Shown one piece after another: positions 38,311 to 48,263 of a DNA stretch of 64,000 bases (positions are counted from its first letter, which is position 1; each line of letters begins with the position of its first letter). This stretch comes from Bdellovibrionota bacterium (lineage in GTDB: Bacteria; Bdellovibrionota_C; UBA2361; OMII01). The notes under the pieces are model-generated. The model did no database searches. It was not told the DNA's origin and saw only the letters and a list, made by a program, of their open reading frames with translations. Both the position numbers and the translations under genes were made by a program. The stretch covers positions 61,834 through 125,833 of the forward strand of contig JBBAUR010000002.1 in NCBI GenBank assembly GCA_040398075.1. The letters run 5' to 3'.

Positions 38311-39339
38311 ATGAAAACGAGAACTACGTCATCACAGAGAGCTCCTGTTGGTCTAGTAGCGCTGGGGGCCTTTGCTGCAATGTTTGTAATATCAGAGTGC
38401 CAAGCAGCGCCCAACTCTGCCGGAACGCTGCGGATCGATGGTTCGAGCACGGTTTTCCCGATCACCGAAGCTGTCGCTGAGGAATTCCGCGCCGTCGAGC
38501 CGGGCATTCCGGTTACGGTTGGAGTCTCCGGTACAGGTGGCGGTTTCAAGAAATTCCTGGCTGGTGAGATCGATATCGTGGATGCATCGCGACCCATAAA
38601 GGCGTCAGAGCTCGAATTCGCTCAGATGAGCAACATCTCCTTTGTCGAGCTTCCGATCGCCTACGATGCGCTCTCGGTAGTCGTAAACAAGAAAGCCGAT
38701 TGGGTAGACTCACTGACAGTTGCAGAGCTCAAGAAAATCTGGGCTCCGGAGGCACAAGGGGTGGTCAAGAAGTGGAGCGATGTACGCCCCGGATTCCCTG
38801 ACAAGCCTCTGCAACTTTTCGGCCCCGGTACTGATTCCGGTACCTTCGACTACTTCACCGAAGCGGTAAATGGTAAAGAGGATGCGTGTCGTGCAGACTA
38901 CACCAGCAGTGAAGACGACAACGTACTTGTGACGGGGGTTGCTGGTAACGATGGCGCCCTCGGGTTCTTCGGAGTCGCGTTCTACGAAGGGAACAAGGAG
39001 CGCCTCAAGGTGTTACCGATCGATGACGAAAATCCAACAAACGGAGCTGGACCACAACTGCCGACCGCAGAGAATGTAGTCAAGGCGACGTATAGTCCGC
39101 TGGCGCGGCCCCTTTTCATTTACGTTAGGACTGAGGCGCTTCAGCGACCCGAGGTCGCTAAGTTCGTTTCGTTCTATCTCGATAAGGCGCAACAGTTGGC
39201 ATCCGAGGTTGGATACATAGCGCTCCCGAGTGATACGACCGCCAAGGTGAAGAACCGCTTTGCAGCTAAGACGGTTGGAACTCTGTTCGATGGTAAATCG
39301 AGTAAGCCGGGTATGACGCTCAACACGTTGTTGGATTGA
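38311..39339 (+). CDS. pstS: Phosphate ABC transporter substrate-binding protein PstS family
   Basis: [54 protein letters not shown]. Confidence 0.88.
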   Translation: MKTRTTSSQRAPVGLVALGAFAAMFVISECQAAPNSAGTLRIDGSSTVFPITEAVAEEFRAVEPGIPVTVGVSGTGGGFKKFLAGEIDIVDASRPIKASELEFAQMSNISFVELPIAYDALSVVVNKKADWVDSLTVAELKKIWAPEAQGVVKKWSDVRPGFPDKPLQLFGPGTDSGTFDYFTEAVNGKEDACRADYTSSEDDNVLVTGVAGNDGALGFFGVAFYEGNKERLKVLPIDDENPTNGAGPQLPTAENVVKATYSPLARPLFIYVRTEALQRPEVAKFVSFYLDKAQQLASEVGYIALPSDTTAKVKNRFAAKTVGTLFDGKSSKPGMTLNTLLD

Positions 39340-39365
39340 ACCACTGCTGAGGCGATCTGATCGAT

Positions 39366-39406
39366 GGCCAGAAGGGTTCTCTGGAATCTTTCCGGCCAGT
39401 TTTCTT
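39366..39406 (+). terminator. Possible rho-independent terminator after pstS
   Basis: ggccagaagg ... cttccggcc-type imperfect stem (one mismatch, one G-T pair) followed by agttttctt. Confidence 0.4.
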
Positions 39407-39523
39407 GGTAGCTACGGAGGTGGGTGGGCGAAAAACAGCCGCGCCTACGGGGATACGAGCAATAATCTCTGTCTGCGAATAAAGCAGTGTACGAAGAGGA
39501 ACATCTCTACTTGGCAGCACCCA

Positions 39524-40495
39524 TCAGAAAGCACCCATCACGCTGGCGATAATTTGGTAGTCGGCAGCTAACTGAGTGCCTGTCATGTCGTGATACAGTG
39601 GCAACGACACTCCAACATACGTTGAAAACACATCGTTGAATGTGGCGAGTATACGGGGCCCCATGTAGAAGGAGCTCTCCCCTGTATTTGGTACCGTCGA
39701 TCCAGAGAGGTCTGCCTCTCCAGCGAACGTATACGACGAGTCCACGAGAAACACGAAGGTATCCCTTCCGCGCTGAAAGAAAACAAATCCAGGCGCAACG
39801 TGTGTTGATATTTTGTCGCCGAAGCGAAATTCGTTCTCCCCGCTGGTGCGACCGATGTATTGAGCATCGGCGATACCGACGAAGCGGTCATCACGGACGA
39901 ATATGCTTGACCCAACGATCCAGTCGAACGACCCCGAGCCAACGGCACGGTCATACGAATAGATGTTACTGCCACCATTGTTGGTGGTTTGTGATAGGGA
40001 GAAGGAGTTCAGTCGGTCGGCATCGCCGGTGGGAAGCTTTACGCCTGCTCTGATACGCCAGTCAATGGAACCGTACTGATCCGCCTCGGCGTACGGTTGA
40101 AGCGTCATCAAGAGACTCATGTCGCCAAGAGCGGTTTCGCGATCGCTGTCGTACGTGTTGTTTGGGCGTTCGGTATAAGCCTTGGACGTGAAGGGCACGT
40201 TGACATCGATAAAGAGCGGTTCGAGTACTCGCGCTGAGTAGAAAAGATTGAAGTTCGAGTCAGCGACCTTCTCGTCAGGTGCCCCACTCTGCTTGGAGTT
40301 TCCCGTGTAGGCCTCGTGCCTGTAGCGGTAGTTGAACTGAAATGCGGCATGTTGGTCGGCTTCGGGTGTGCAGCCGCTCTGGAGATACGCAGCCACGGCA
40401 CACTCATCGCAATCCTGTGCTTCAGCACGAGCGATGAACGTCAGAGCAGACACGCATGACAGCGCGAACGAGAGGAGCAATGTTGTACGATGCAT
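39524..40495 (-). CDS. Outer-membrane beta-barrel protein with Cys-rich N-terminus
   Basis: Signal peptide (ALTFIARAEAQ), CDEC...C motif, amphipathic strands, C-terminal ...SVMGAF. Confidence 0.5.
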   Translation of the reverse strand: MHRTTLLLSFALSCVSALTFIARAEAQDCDECAVAAYLQSGCTPEADQHAAFQFNYRYRHEAYTGNSKQSGAPDEKVADSNFNLFYSARVLEPLFIDVNVPFTSKAYTERPNNTYDSDRETALGDMSLLMTLQPYAEADQYGSIDWRIRAGVKLPTGDADRLNSFSLSQTTNNGGSNIYSYDRAVGSGSFDWIVGSSIFVRDDRFVGIADAQYIGRTSGENEFRFGDKISTHVAPGFVFFQRGRDTFVFLVDSSYTFAGEADLSGSTVPNTGESSFYMGPRILATFNDVFSTYVGVSLPLYHDMTGTQLAADYQIIASVMGAF

Positions 40496-40506
40496 ACAGG
40501 TACCGG

Positions 40507-41085
40507 CTACGCTAGGGGTTCGATGAGCGCTGGGCGATGAGTGCCCGCTTCCCCTGCGAGTACCATGACCGAATTACACGAGAGCTCTAGACACAGAAGA
40601 TCGCGGGGTCCGAGTTTGATTCGGCGCCGCTCCTCTTCGGTGCGACCTGTGACGATCCTGAGCCAGCACGTCTCCTCTCCGCTCAATCGGCCCTGCTGGC
40701 CGCGAGGCTTATCACGGTAGAGCTTCACCAACGTGTCAGAGTCACTCTCACTTTCACCACTCTGCAAGATTACGTTCTCGTCCAGTGACTCTACGCCGTA
40801 GAGGAATGCTCGAGTGGTCGCCCATAGCCCACCGATAGCGTCGATCGGGAGCATCATGTCGAGGCTCCCCGGAGAGCCGGGCGCCTCTGCCCCGTCTATT
40901 ATCGGAGTGTAGAAAAGCCGGAGACCGTGAGGCTCCGGGATTAGTTGGAGCCGACCGAAGGATTTATTGATGGAAAACGTAATACCGCCGCGGTACATAA
41001 CCTCTACCTTATATTCACAACCCGTGAGCGAAGCACAGCCAACTGTGCGCGCGAAACCTCTGACCGGCCCCGCGTCTCTGAACAA
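40507..41085 (-). CDS. Hypothetical protein (start uncertain; internal ATG at 40968)
   Basis: 192-aa ORF that stops 12 nt before the OM barrel gene. No motif recognised. Confidence 0.35.
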   Translation of the reverse strand: MFRDAGPVRGFARTVGCASLTGCEYKVEVMYRGGITFSINKSFGRLQLIPEPHGLRLFYTPIIDGAEAPGSPGSLDMMLPIDAIGGLWATTRAFLYGVESLDENVILQSGESESDSDTLVKLYRDKPRGQQGRLSGEETCWLRIVTGRTEEERRRIKLGPRDLLCLELSCNSVMVLAGEAGTHRPALIEPLA

Positions 41086-41404
41086 TCCGCTACAAGCGCT
41101 CGAGCACAGATCTCACCCTCGGTTTGGGCGAGTCCCTACAATAATCGCCATGATCCACCTGTGTGCTTCAAAAAAAGCGAGTGCACTACAGCTACTGCCC
41201 TCTAGCGGCAACAACCCATCTCGCCAACCGAACCCCACAGGAGGCCGAACCGATAGCAGCCTCAGCCGGTTACGATAGCGAGAGGCAGCGTTAAAAGCAA
41301 GCTAGCAACTCAAAGCTCTGTCGCCCCGATGATATCGGGAATTGTGCGCGGGAGCTCCTGAGAACTCGTACTAAACCTCTGAAAATACATAGGAAGCAGG
41401 CATA

Positions 41405-43618
41405 CTATTTGCGCGCTTTGAAGGGACCAACCTTCACGCCCCCCTTGGGTGTCGGAGGCTTCTGGGGTGCAGCCTCTGCTGACGATTGACCCCCCTTACG
41501 TGCGCCTTCCGAGCTGTGGCCCGCTTCCCCCTTGGGCTTCGCCGTGGGAGGCGGGGCGGGCGGTTCTGGCGGCGGAGTACTCTTGGGCAGGGAGATAACA
41601 CTCCCGCGCGGCTTAGGGCCGCGTGGAGTGAGTGATATCTTGAACGAGCCGGATGGCGCCTCCGTTGGTTCTCCAGGACCCGACCCGGCTTTCGCCGATT
41701 GAGAGGAGGTCGATGGGGACGCACTCCTCCGTTCGGGCAGCGCTGGTTCTGGGGCTGATGGCTTTGACTTCGGAGCGAACTTTGTGGAGGTCTCCTGTTG
41801 CTCCTGCGATAAGATCTGTTCATCAACCCAATCAGCGAGACCGATCTCGTCCATCTCCAAGCGCTCCGGTTGAACGAGAAACTCCCGTCCTTCCCAAGTT
41901 TCAGGAGTGACCGCGTTGAACCAGAAGGAACGCCCTTTCACTATCTTTCCATTTCCGAGGTCGAACCACGCAAGCCCCTTCTCGGCAGACATCTCGTGTT
42001 TGAGCTCCTCAGCGCTTACGAGATCTTCCTCATCCTCGACGTAGCTCACCGTCTGTGACTCTCCCCCCGAGCGACGTGCATCGAGATCCAGAGAGCCTTT
42101 GAGCAAGGTACTCGTCAAGCCTGTGGTTATACCGGCACCTACAGCCTTCTTGGTAGAAACGATCTTTCCGAACCATTCGGTCATGTCCGCTGCGGTCCGA
42201 TTGTCACCGATACGCATCATGACCTTGAGGTTAACGTTTGCCATGACGCGCTCATAGAAGGATTCGCTCAGGCCCATCGCAGAATCTGTGAGTCCCCCCG
42301 TCGATTGCGCACCGAATAGAAGAGCAAAACGCCCACGACGAGCGAGCTCGAAGAGGTTGGCCCAGGTGGGGCCGAACGTCGAGGAGCCCTCGTCGATGAT
42401 GACGAGGTGCGGGTCCTCGAGGTTGTGTATGCGTGAGGAGGTGATCTCGCCTATCGACACCTCCAGATCCTCGCGGAACACCTTCACCATGCGTGCAGCG
42501 CTCTCGGCTTCTTCGAGACGCGGCAGCATGAAGTAGATGATTTTGCCCCGTAAAATAGCGTCCGTGAGAACGAGGTCGGTGTATTTGGTGCAGAAGATCT
42601 CCCCGGTCTCACTCCCGGCGATGGCGTGAAGTTCGGAGGCTATGCCTCGCAGATTGTCGGTAATACGCGCAGTATCCAAGACTCCCTTTACGCTTCGGTA
42701 GCTGGAAGCGAGGTGCCCAAGCTCTACCATCGCTTGTCGCGCTCCGATTTTATAGAGCATGTTCCGCAGGTGCGGATAGGCGAGCTGAAATGCCGAGAGC
42801 GCAACAGCGATGTCGTGAATGGACCACGCCAACCCGAAGCTCTCCATGGCACGAACCATTCGATAGATAGAATCTGCAGCGAGTCGGTCATAGTGTTTGG
42901 TGGTGCTCTGATCCGAGGTTGGAGGAAGGCCAGCTCGTAAGACCTTACGCGCTTTTACATCCGCGCGCTGATTGGTCATGACGAAGTTGTATGCGTGCAC
43001 ACTGTCGAAGGGATCGACTACGATCAGATCCTCTATGCGTCCCGTGACCATCGCCATGAGGATGATGTGTGCCAGGGTAGCCGAATCACGCTTGGCATCG
43101 ATGAATGTGCAACCACTCGCGCGTCCACGTGCCATCTGTTGAAAGATGAGCGATTCGAGCCACAGTGTCTTACCTACGCCGGTCTTGGCAAATACCGCGC
43201 CGTGAGTGCAGATCTCGTCGTCATCGACCCATAAGGGTGCTCCCGAGTCCAGCTCAAAGCCTACCAGGTACCGATCGATCATCTTCTTGTTCTTGTCACG
43301 CGCGTCCTCGATCGCTCTATGGAAACAGGCGCGATCGGGTGGCATCCCCAGGACTTCTCTTCCTCCGCGCAGGTCGCTCTCCCGTTGGCGCTCGAATTCG
43401 AGCCACTGTTGTCGCGCCATGGTGAGCGCCGTCGAGCCCAAAGCAGCCGCTGGAACCAGGCCCAGCCCGAAGAGGAGCGTCGGATCGGCGTTGGCAAGCA
43501 ACGGCAGAAACGCCGCGCCGAGGGCACCCAGAGACGCCATACCGCTGCGCGCCAACGCACGATTGAGCTCCTCTGCCCGCTGCGCTTGATAATCGATCCT
43601 CTTATAGGTACGAGCCAT
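41405..43618 (-). CDS. Type IV coupling protein (TraD/VirD4/DotL-like ATPase)
   Basis: Two N-terminal TM segments, Walker A FAKTGVGKT, Walker B-like PHLVIIDEGSS. The C-terminal ~150 aa form a Pro/Ser/Lys-rich low-complexity tail. Confidence 0.8.
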   Translation of the reverse strand: MARTYKRIDYQAQRAEELNRALARSGMASLGALGAAFLPLLANADPTLLFGLGLVPAAALGSTALTMARQQWLEFERQRESDLRGGREVLGMPPDRACFHRAIEDARDKNKKMIDRYLVGFELDSGAPLWVDDDEICTHGAVFAKTGVGKTLWLESLIFQQMARGRASGCTFIDAKRDSATLAHIILMAMVTGRIEDLIVVDPFDSVHAYNFVMTNQRADVKARKVLRAGLPPTSDQSTTKHYDRLAADSIYRMVRAMESFGLAWSIHDIAVALSAFQLAYPHLRNMLYKIGARQAMVELGHLASSYRSVKGVLDTARITDNLRGIASELHAIAGSETGEIFCTKYTDLVLTDAILRGKIIYFMLPRLEEAESAARMVKVFREDLEVSIGEITSSRIHNLEDPHLVIIDEGSSTFGPTWANLFELARRGRFALLFGAQSTGGLTDSAMGLSESFYERVMANVNLKVMMRIGDNRTAADMTEWFGKIVSTKKAVGAGITTGLTSTLLKGSLDLDARRSGGESQTVSYVEDEEDLVSAEELKHEMSAEKGLAWFDLGNGKIVKGRSFWFNAVTPETWEGREFLVQPERLEMDEIGLADWVDEQILSQEQQETSTKFAPKSKPSAPEPALPERRSASPSTSSQSAKAGSGPGEPTEAPSGSFKISLTPRGPKPRGSVISLPKSTPPPEPPAPPPTAKPKGEAGHSSEGARKGGQSSAEAAPQKPPTPKGGVKVGPFKARK

Positions 43619-43636
43619 AAACTCTCTATCTCATCA

Positions 43637-45712
43637 TCATGCGGTCAACGGTGCACCTGCGATAGCTGGATCCTCGGGCAGGGTTTCTTTGATGCCCTTT
43701 AGGAGTTTCTCGAAGTCCTCGGTTGTTTCCGCCATCGTTGCGCTATTCACGAACAGGAATCGGCTCGCCCAGTTTCTGCCCCAACGCTCGTGCAGCTTGG
43801 AACCACGAAACGGAACCATGCCCTGTTTACCCAAGAGTCCCAGTGAATTTACCCCGTCGTGCGAGGCATCAGCCTGGAATACAGCGAAGATTATCGAGCT
43901 GTCCGGAACGGTGTAATCGCCGACACGTCGCGCGAGCCAGCCGTACGAGCTGAGCACGATGCGTAGAGCGGACCAATCCTTGACGTCGTTGGGATTCAGT
44001 TGATGAATACGAGCCAAGGTGGCGATCTCCTCCTCGCCTAGCGGGGGAAATACCCTCTCGTACGAGGGGTGCTCCAAGGCATGGTCATCGCCTGAGTCGC
44101 GCGCAAGTTGAGTGATCTTCTGTCGTACGCTCACAACGGCCCCTAGCTGCTCTATGCGACGAATCTCACCGGGTTCGAGTACTTTGCGCAGGAGCGCTAG
44201 CACCCGAGCCAACGGGAGAAAGAGTAGGTTCGCCGGTGTTGCATAGGAACTGCGTGACATCTCCGGAGAGATAGCAACCGAGCTATCGGAGAACTCGCGC
44301 GACCATTTGCGATGAGCATGTCGGACGAGTCCTACGAGCTCTACCTCGTCTCCGACGGCTTCGAGTTCGTGTGGGCAGGCAAGGAGTATCTCACTCCATT
44401 GGCGAAGCACCCAGATATCTTCGGATAGGTCGATCGGCATGCGCACCGGGGCGAAGGAGCTGCTACGCGACCCGTAGATGAGGGCTCGGCGGATACGTTG
44501 TCGGGACGAGAAATCGTAGTCGACCGGATAGCCAACCACAGAATGAAGTACGGCCCGGGCGCTCAACTGAGGAAAGTTTGAACGCTTGATCCAGCGGCCT
44601 CCCTCAAATGAGTGAGCCAGGACCTTTCCGGCTTCGAGCGCCAGGAGCGTCGTTGCTATCTCGCTTGAAGGTATCGAACCGATTAACTGCCGCATCTCTG
44701 GGATCAGGATGCGATGCATAGTGTGCCGCACTCGTTCGGCGTACTCAAATGATGATGCAGCGTGATCACCCGTCGCACGTTCCGGCACCGCGCCCCTGAT
44801 CTCTCCCGCAGCGTAGAGTGCATGCAGAGACAGGACCGACGAGAGAAGGTGCTTGGCGTTGTCACGCAAGGGGTCTCCATCGAAGGCTTTCTGCAGAAGC
44901 TGATCCTCCTCAGGGTATGTCACGTACGGCGCTGTGTCGCTGTTGGCGAGTATGACAGCTACGAGGGTCTCGTTGGTGGTGTTAGCCGCACCGAACTCGG
45001 TGAGTATGCGCCAGAGCTCTGAGGCTCGCGCCTCGGTCGGCGAAGCGAGCTGCGGGCATGCAAGCCCCCTCACCTGCAGATCGGGAGCTCCTCCCTCGGT
45101 TATCCGATCGAGATCGGCGCGCACGCCCGAGTAAAACAGACGACCGTTTCCCATCTGTCCGAGCACGTCCTCGCCTGCGTATGGTTTGAAGCGATTGATG
45201 CCCAGGCATACGGCGATTAAGATTGCAACGATCCACACCCGCAGGGACGCCAGAACCAGGAACAACACGCGCACAGCGCCGGTATGCAGCGCTACGTAGC
45301 TTGCCGAGAAGAATGACATCTCCCCTTCGGCCTCTGAGGCTACTGAAATAGCGCTCTGCGCTAGAACCGCGCTGATGTCGTCGAAGATTTTGGCTTCGGT
45401 GTATGTACCGTGGTTTCCGAGCCACTCCCGCTGTGCCTGAAGGCTGTCGGAGAACTGTTCAGCCCACGGGGCCTTCAGGGTGAGGAGCTGTCGATGAATC
45501 GAAGCCGTGTCGAGATCCGCGCCACTGTAGAGGTGAAGGGTGTACAGCACGAAAAGACCGAACGCAACAAGTGCGGTCAACCCGCCAATTAGCCTCAGCG
45601 CGACGCGAGCATAGTTCCGGCGTCCTGAGGATCGCAGGAAATCGAGATCTTTATCTTTTGGATTCGGGAGTCCCTCTACCGCCACGTTCCCTCTGGTAAC
45701 CTGGACACACAA
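43637..45712 (-). CDS. Large membrane-anchored protein of unknown function, co-transcribed upstream of the coupling protein
   Basis: 691-aa ORF with a TTG or GTG start (no early ATG). Three hydrophobic segments lie in the first ~170 aa, followed by a ~500-aa soluble region. The stop is 18 nt before the T4CP start. Confidence 0.55.
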   Translation of the reverse strand: MCVQVTRGNVAVEGLPNPKDKDLDFLRSSGRRNYARVALRLIGGLTALVAFGLFVLYTLHLYSGADLDTASIHRQLLTLKAPWAEQFSDSLQAQREWLGNHGTYTEAKIFDDISAVLAQSAISVASEAEGEMSFFSASYVALHTGAVRVLFLVLASLRVWIVAILIAVCLGINRFKPYAGEDVLGQMGNGRLFYSGVRADLDRITEGGAPDLQVRGLACPQLASPTEARASELWRILTEFGAANTTNETLVAVILANSDTAPYVTYPEEDQLLQKAFDGDPLRDNAKHLLSSVLSLHALYAAGEIRGAVPERATGDHAASSFEYAERVRHTMHRILIPEMRQLIGSIPSSEIATTLLALEAGKVLAHSFEGGRWIKRSNFPQLSARAVLHSVVGYPVDYDFSSRQRIRRALIYGSRSSSFAPVRMPIDLSEDIWVLRQWSEILLACPHELEAVGDEVELVGLVRHAHRKWSREFSDSSVAISPEMSRSSYATPANLLFLPLARVLALLRKVLEPGEIRRIEQLGAVVSVRQKITQLARDSGDDHALEHPSYERVFPPLGEEEIATLARIHQLNPNDVKDWSALRIVLSSYGWLARRVGDYTVPDSSIIFAVFQADASHDGVNSLGLLGKQGMVPFRGSKLHERWGRNWASRFLFVNSATMAETTEDFEKLLKGIKETLPEDPAIAGAPLTA

Positions 45713-46685
45713 CCTACTGTGTACGCTTGAACGTACCTCACAAGACTAGGTTTCAAACAGATCAAGATCAAGGTCACAAACCTCGAGCTCCGAATTCCTC
45801 TAGCCTCTGGGAGAGTCTACTGCTTTTTGTCCCAGCCGTACTTTGCGCCATCCCCGTGTGCCCGGTAGGTTGGCTGGACACCCCCCCGATACAATACAAT
45901 ATGTCGGCACTCTGGAGCTTGTATGTTACTGAAATAGCTCTTTTCGTGCGCCCCGATGCGCTTAAAAAGCTGCGGAATGTTCTTCTGCTGCGAAATCCGA
46001 TCTTCGGCCAGCACTAAACCCCCGCATTTATCGCTACGAAGGAATTTATCCGAAGGCTGTACGAAACAAGTATGAAAGGTCGTAAATTCAATTATCTATA
46101 CAAGATTTTACAGCACTTGGCTATTGCCGGTTTTATCCTTGTAGTAATCGAGCTTTACAGACTGGGTGTCGCTAATCTGCACCTGGGTTCCTCTCGGAAA
46201 ACTGGCCATTAGGCGGATCGGTTCAGCGATCCCGGTCGCTTTCCGGAGGCAGTGGGTTTGTCCGGTATCAAGCTGATCGGAAGCTCCGTTTGTCGCCGAA
46301 GCGCTCTATCCAGATGTGTCTGTGGTCGCGGCGTTAGCCATACGAGAATCCCTTAAATCCTCTAATAGTAGCCTACTTGAAGAATATGCTCGCAGGCCTC
46401 CTGCAGGATGCTTAATCAGGCCTTTTGCGCGAGGCGCCCGGGTGTATGGTCTCAAATCCGGGTGCCTCGCGCGGTAGTTAGGACACGTTTCGGTGAGTTC
46501 GTTTCATATCATTGGTGAACGTTTGGTTGTGCCTTCCTGTAATGAAGGGCTTAGCAAGAACTAGGTGGGTGAACCGAACATTTCCTGTAGCGGGCAGTCG
46601 GCATATCCAGACCAGTATGGAGTGCATGTGCCGGAGGCTCGAGCACTGGAAGGGAGATTGAAGGGCGATTTTTGAGGGGTATGCG

Positions 46686-47036
46686 ATGAAGGTACGGTAT
46701 ATCGCACTGATAGCAGTGATGTCCGCTCTGAGTACCAGAGCAAGCGTAGCCGATGTGCAGAGGGTAAGTATCGGCCAGGCGAGCCAAGAGCAAGCAGCAG
46801 AGGCAGTTGCTCACTACGCCCGCTCGCGGGCCTTGTTGATAGCGGCGCTCAGCGAGTTCGACCAAGCTCGTAAGGTCGCGCGACCCGATGAGCTCATCGA
46901 TCCTGTAAAGTGGCGCAACACCTTGATTGACCGGGCAGAGGACCTCGAGCGGGTGCTCGACCCGCAGCCGCGGGCCACCAAGGGCGGGATCAGGTTCTCC
47001 CCCGACCCTCGGCTCATGCCTGACGCACGTAAGTAA
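46686..47036 (+). CDS. Small secreted helical protein, first gene of the tra-like operon
   Basis: Signal peptide MKVRYIALIAVMSALSTRASVA. 116 aa. Confidence 0.45.
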   Translation: MKVRYIALIAVMSALSTRASVADVQRVSIGQASQEQAAEAVAHYARSRALLIAALSEFDQARKVARPDELIDPVKWRNTLIDRAEDLERVLDPQPRATKGGIRFSPDPRLMPDARK

Positions 47037-47123
47037 TCGGTCTCGTGTGGGTTATGAGGAAGGGCATTTTGTCTGAAGCAGGTGCGGAAAAACAGCTGAT
47101 TACAGATTAGAGCAGGAGGAGAC

Positions 47124-47519
47124 ATGGACAGCGGCGATGTAATCCCATGTTTGAATGAAGATTGGACCTTCGGAGGGTGCAAGCTATTTGAATGGTTAGC
47201 CGGTCTTACGACGTCGTTTCTTTTGAGCAGCGCATTCGAGAAACCTGCGCACTACATGCCGCTGTTGGTGTTGATCTGGATCGGGACAACGCTTGTGCTT
47301 GCGATGACGCGTAAGAGATTTCCAGATGAAGAGCGTGGAGTAAGAAATATGTGCATGGCAGCATGTGGATTTGAGCCCCCAGGGATTCCAGCACCTGCCA
47401 AGTTACAGCCGAGGTGGAGCGGTGCTCCGCTGAGGCGCTTGAGCCCCATATGTCACTACATGGCACTGGAGTTGGATCAGGTTGTCAACAAGCCTCGGGA
47501 CCAAGAGAGGCGCGGTTAG
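47124..47519 (+). CDS. TraL/VirB3-like small membrane protein
   Basis: AGGAGG RBS. N-terminal IPCLNEDWTFGG..FEW followed by a hydrophobic hairpin. Located immediately 5' of the TraE-like gene. Confidence 0.45.
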   Translation: MDSGDVIPCLNEDWTFGGCKLFEWLAGLTTSFLLSSAFEKPAHYMPLLVLIWIGTTLVLAMTRKRFPDEERGVRNMCMAACGFEPPGIPAPAKLQPRWSGAPLRRLSPICHYMALELDQVVNKPRDQERRG

Positions 47520-47549
47520 TGTGCGGTTTAGTGAAGCGAGGTCGTAATC

Positions 47550-48263
47550 ATGAGTAAGATTAAGCAGGCAACCGAGGTCGTCAAGGAGAGAGTTGGTGAC
47601 ACTCAGCTCTCGGCAGGTCGCACCAAGAACGACACGATTCGCCTATGGGAGAATTACAAGGATCAGGCGCTTATGTGGCGCACATTGACCCTGCTTCAGA
47701 TTCCAGCGACGTTCATGGCGCTTGTCTTTGCGATAGTGATGTGGGCGACGCGGGAGATTACCCTCCAGGTTCCGTCCAAGCCGATGCCCGGTATGTACGC
47801 GGCCCAAGATATCCCCGACACTGAATTCATCAATATTGCAAACGACTATATCAGCCTCATAGCAACCTACCAACCGGCCACAGCGCGTAAGCAATTCGAG
47901 GCTGCTCGCGCAATGCTCAAAGAGCCTCTACTCACGAAGTTCAACACTGAGATGATCGGGTCGGAGCTAAGTGCCATAGAGACCACTTCGAGAACCCAAG
48001 TATTCTTTGTGGACCCGCTCAAGACCAAGGTGGTCCGCGACGGTAACAACGTAACGGTCACGGTAGTAGGCGAGCGTTGGAAGGTCATAGCGGGAGCCGA
48101 GCTCCCAACGGTCACCAGCAGATTCCGGGTCACCTTGACGACCAATCCGCGTAATCCACTCAATCAATACGGTATCGTGATAACGAGCGTGAATTTCAAG
48201 CCCAACATCAGAGGGGAGAAGAGTTCTGAGCAAGAGGACCCGTCAATGGGAGCCGATTTATGA
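47550..48263 (+). CDS. TraE/VirB8-like bitopic protein
   Basis: One TM (LTLLQIPATFMALVFAIVMWA) plus a ~170-aa periplasmic domain. Position is as in F-like operons. The stop overlaps the next start (ATGA). Confidence 0.55.
   Translation: MSKIKQATEVVKERVGDTQLSAGRTKNDTIRLWENYKDQALMWRTLTLLQIPATFMALVFAIVMWATREITLQVPSKPMPGMYAAQDIPDTEFINIANDYISLIATYQPATARKQFEAARAMLKEPLLTKFNTEMIGSELSAIETTSRTQVFFVDPLKTKVVRDGNNVTVTVVGERWKVIAGAELPTVTSRFRVTLTTNPRNPLNQYGIVITSVNFKPNIRGEKSSEQEDPSMGADL

Noticed and set aside
41434-43589. Multiple 80-130-aa ORFs in other frames or strands inside the coupling-protein gene (e.g. 41434-41826, 43206-43589, 43319-43702)
   Set aside because: Their composition is Arg/Ser/Pro-rich nonsense, typical of off-frame GC-rich coding DNA. 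The 737-aa frame has Walker motifs and TM segments.
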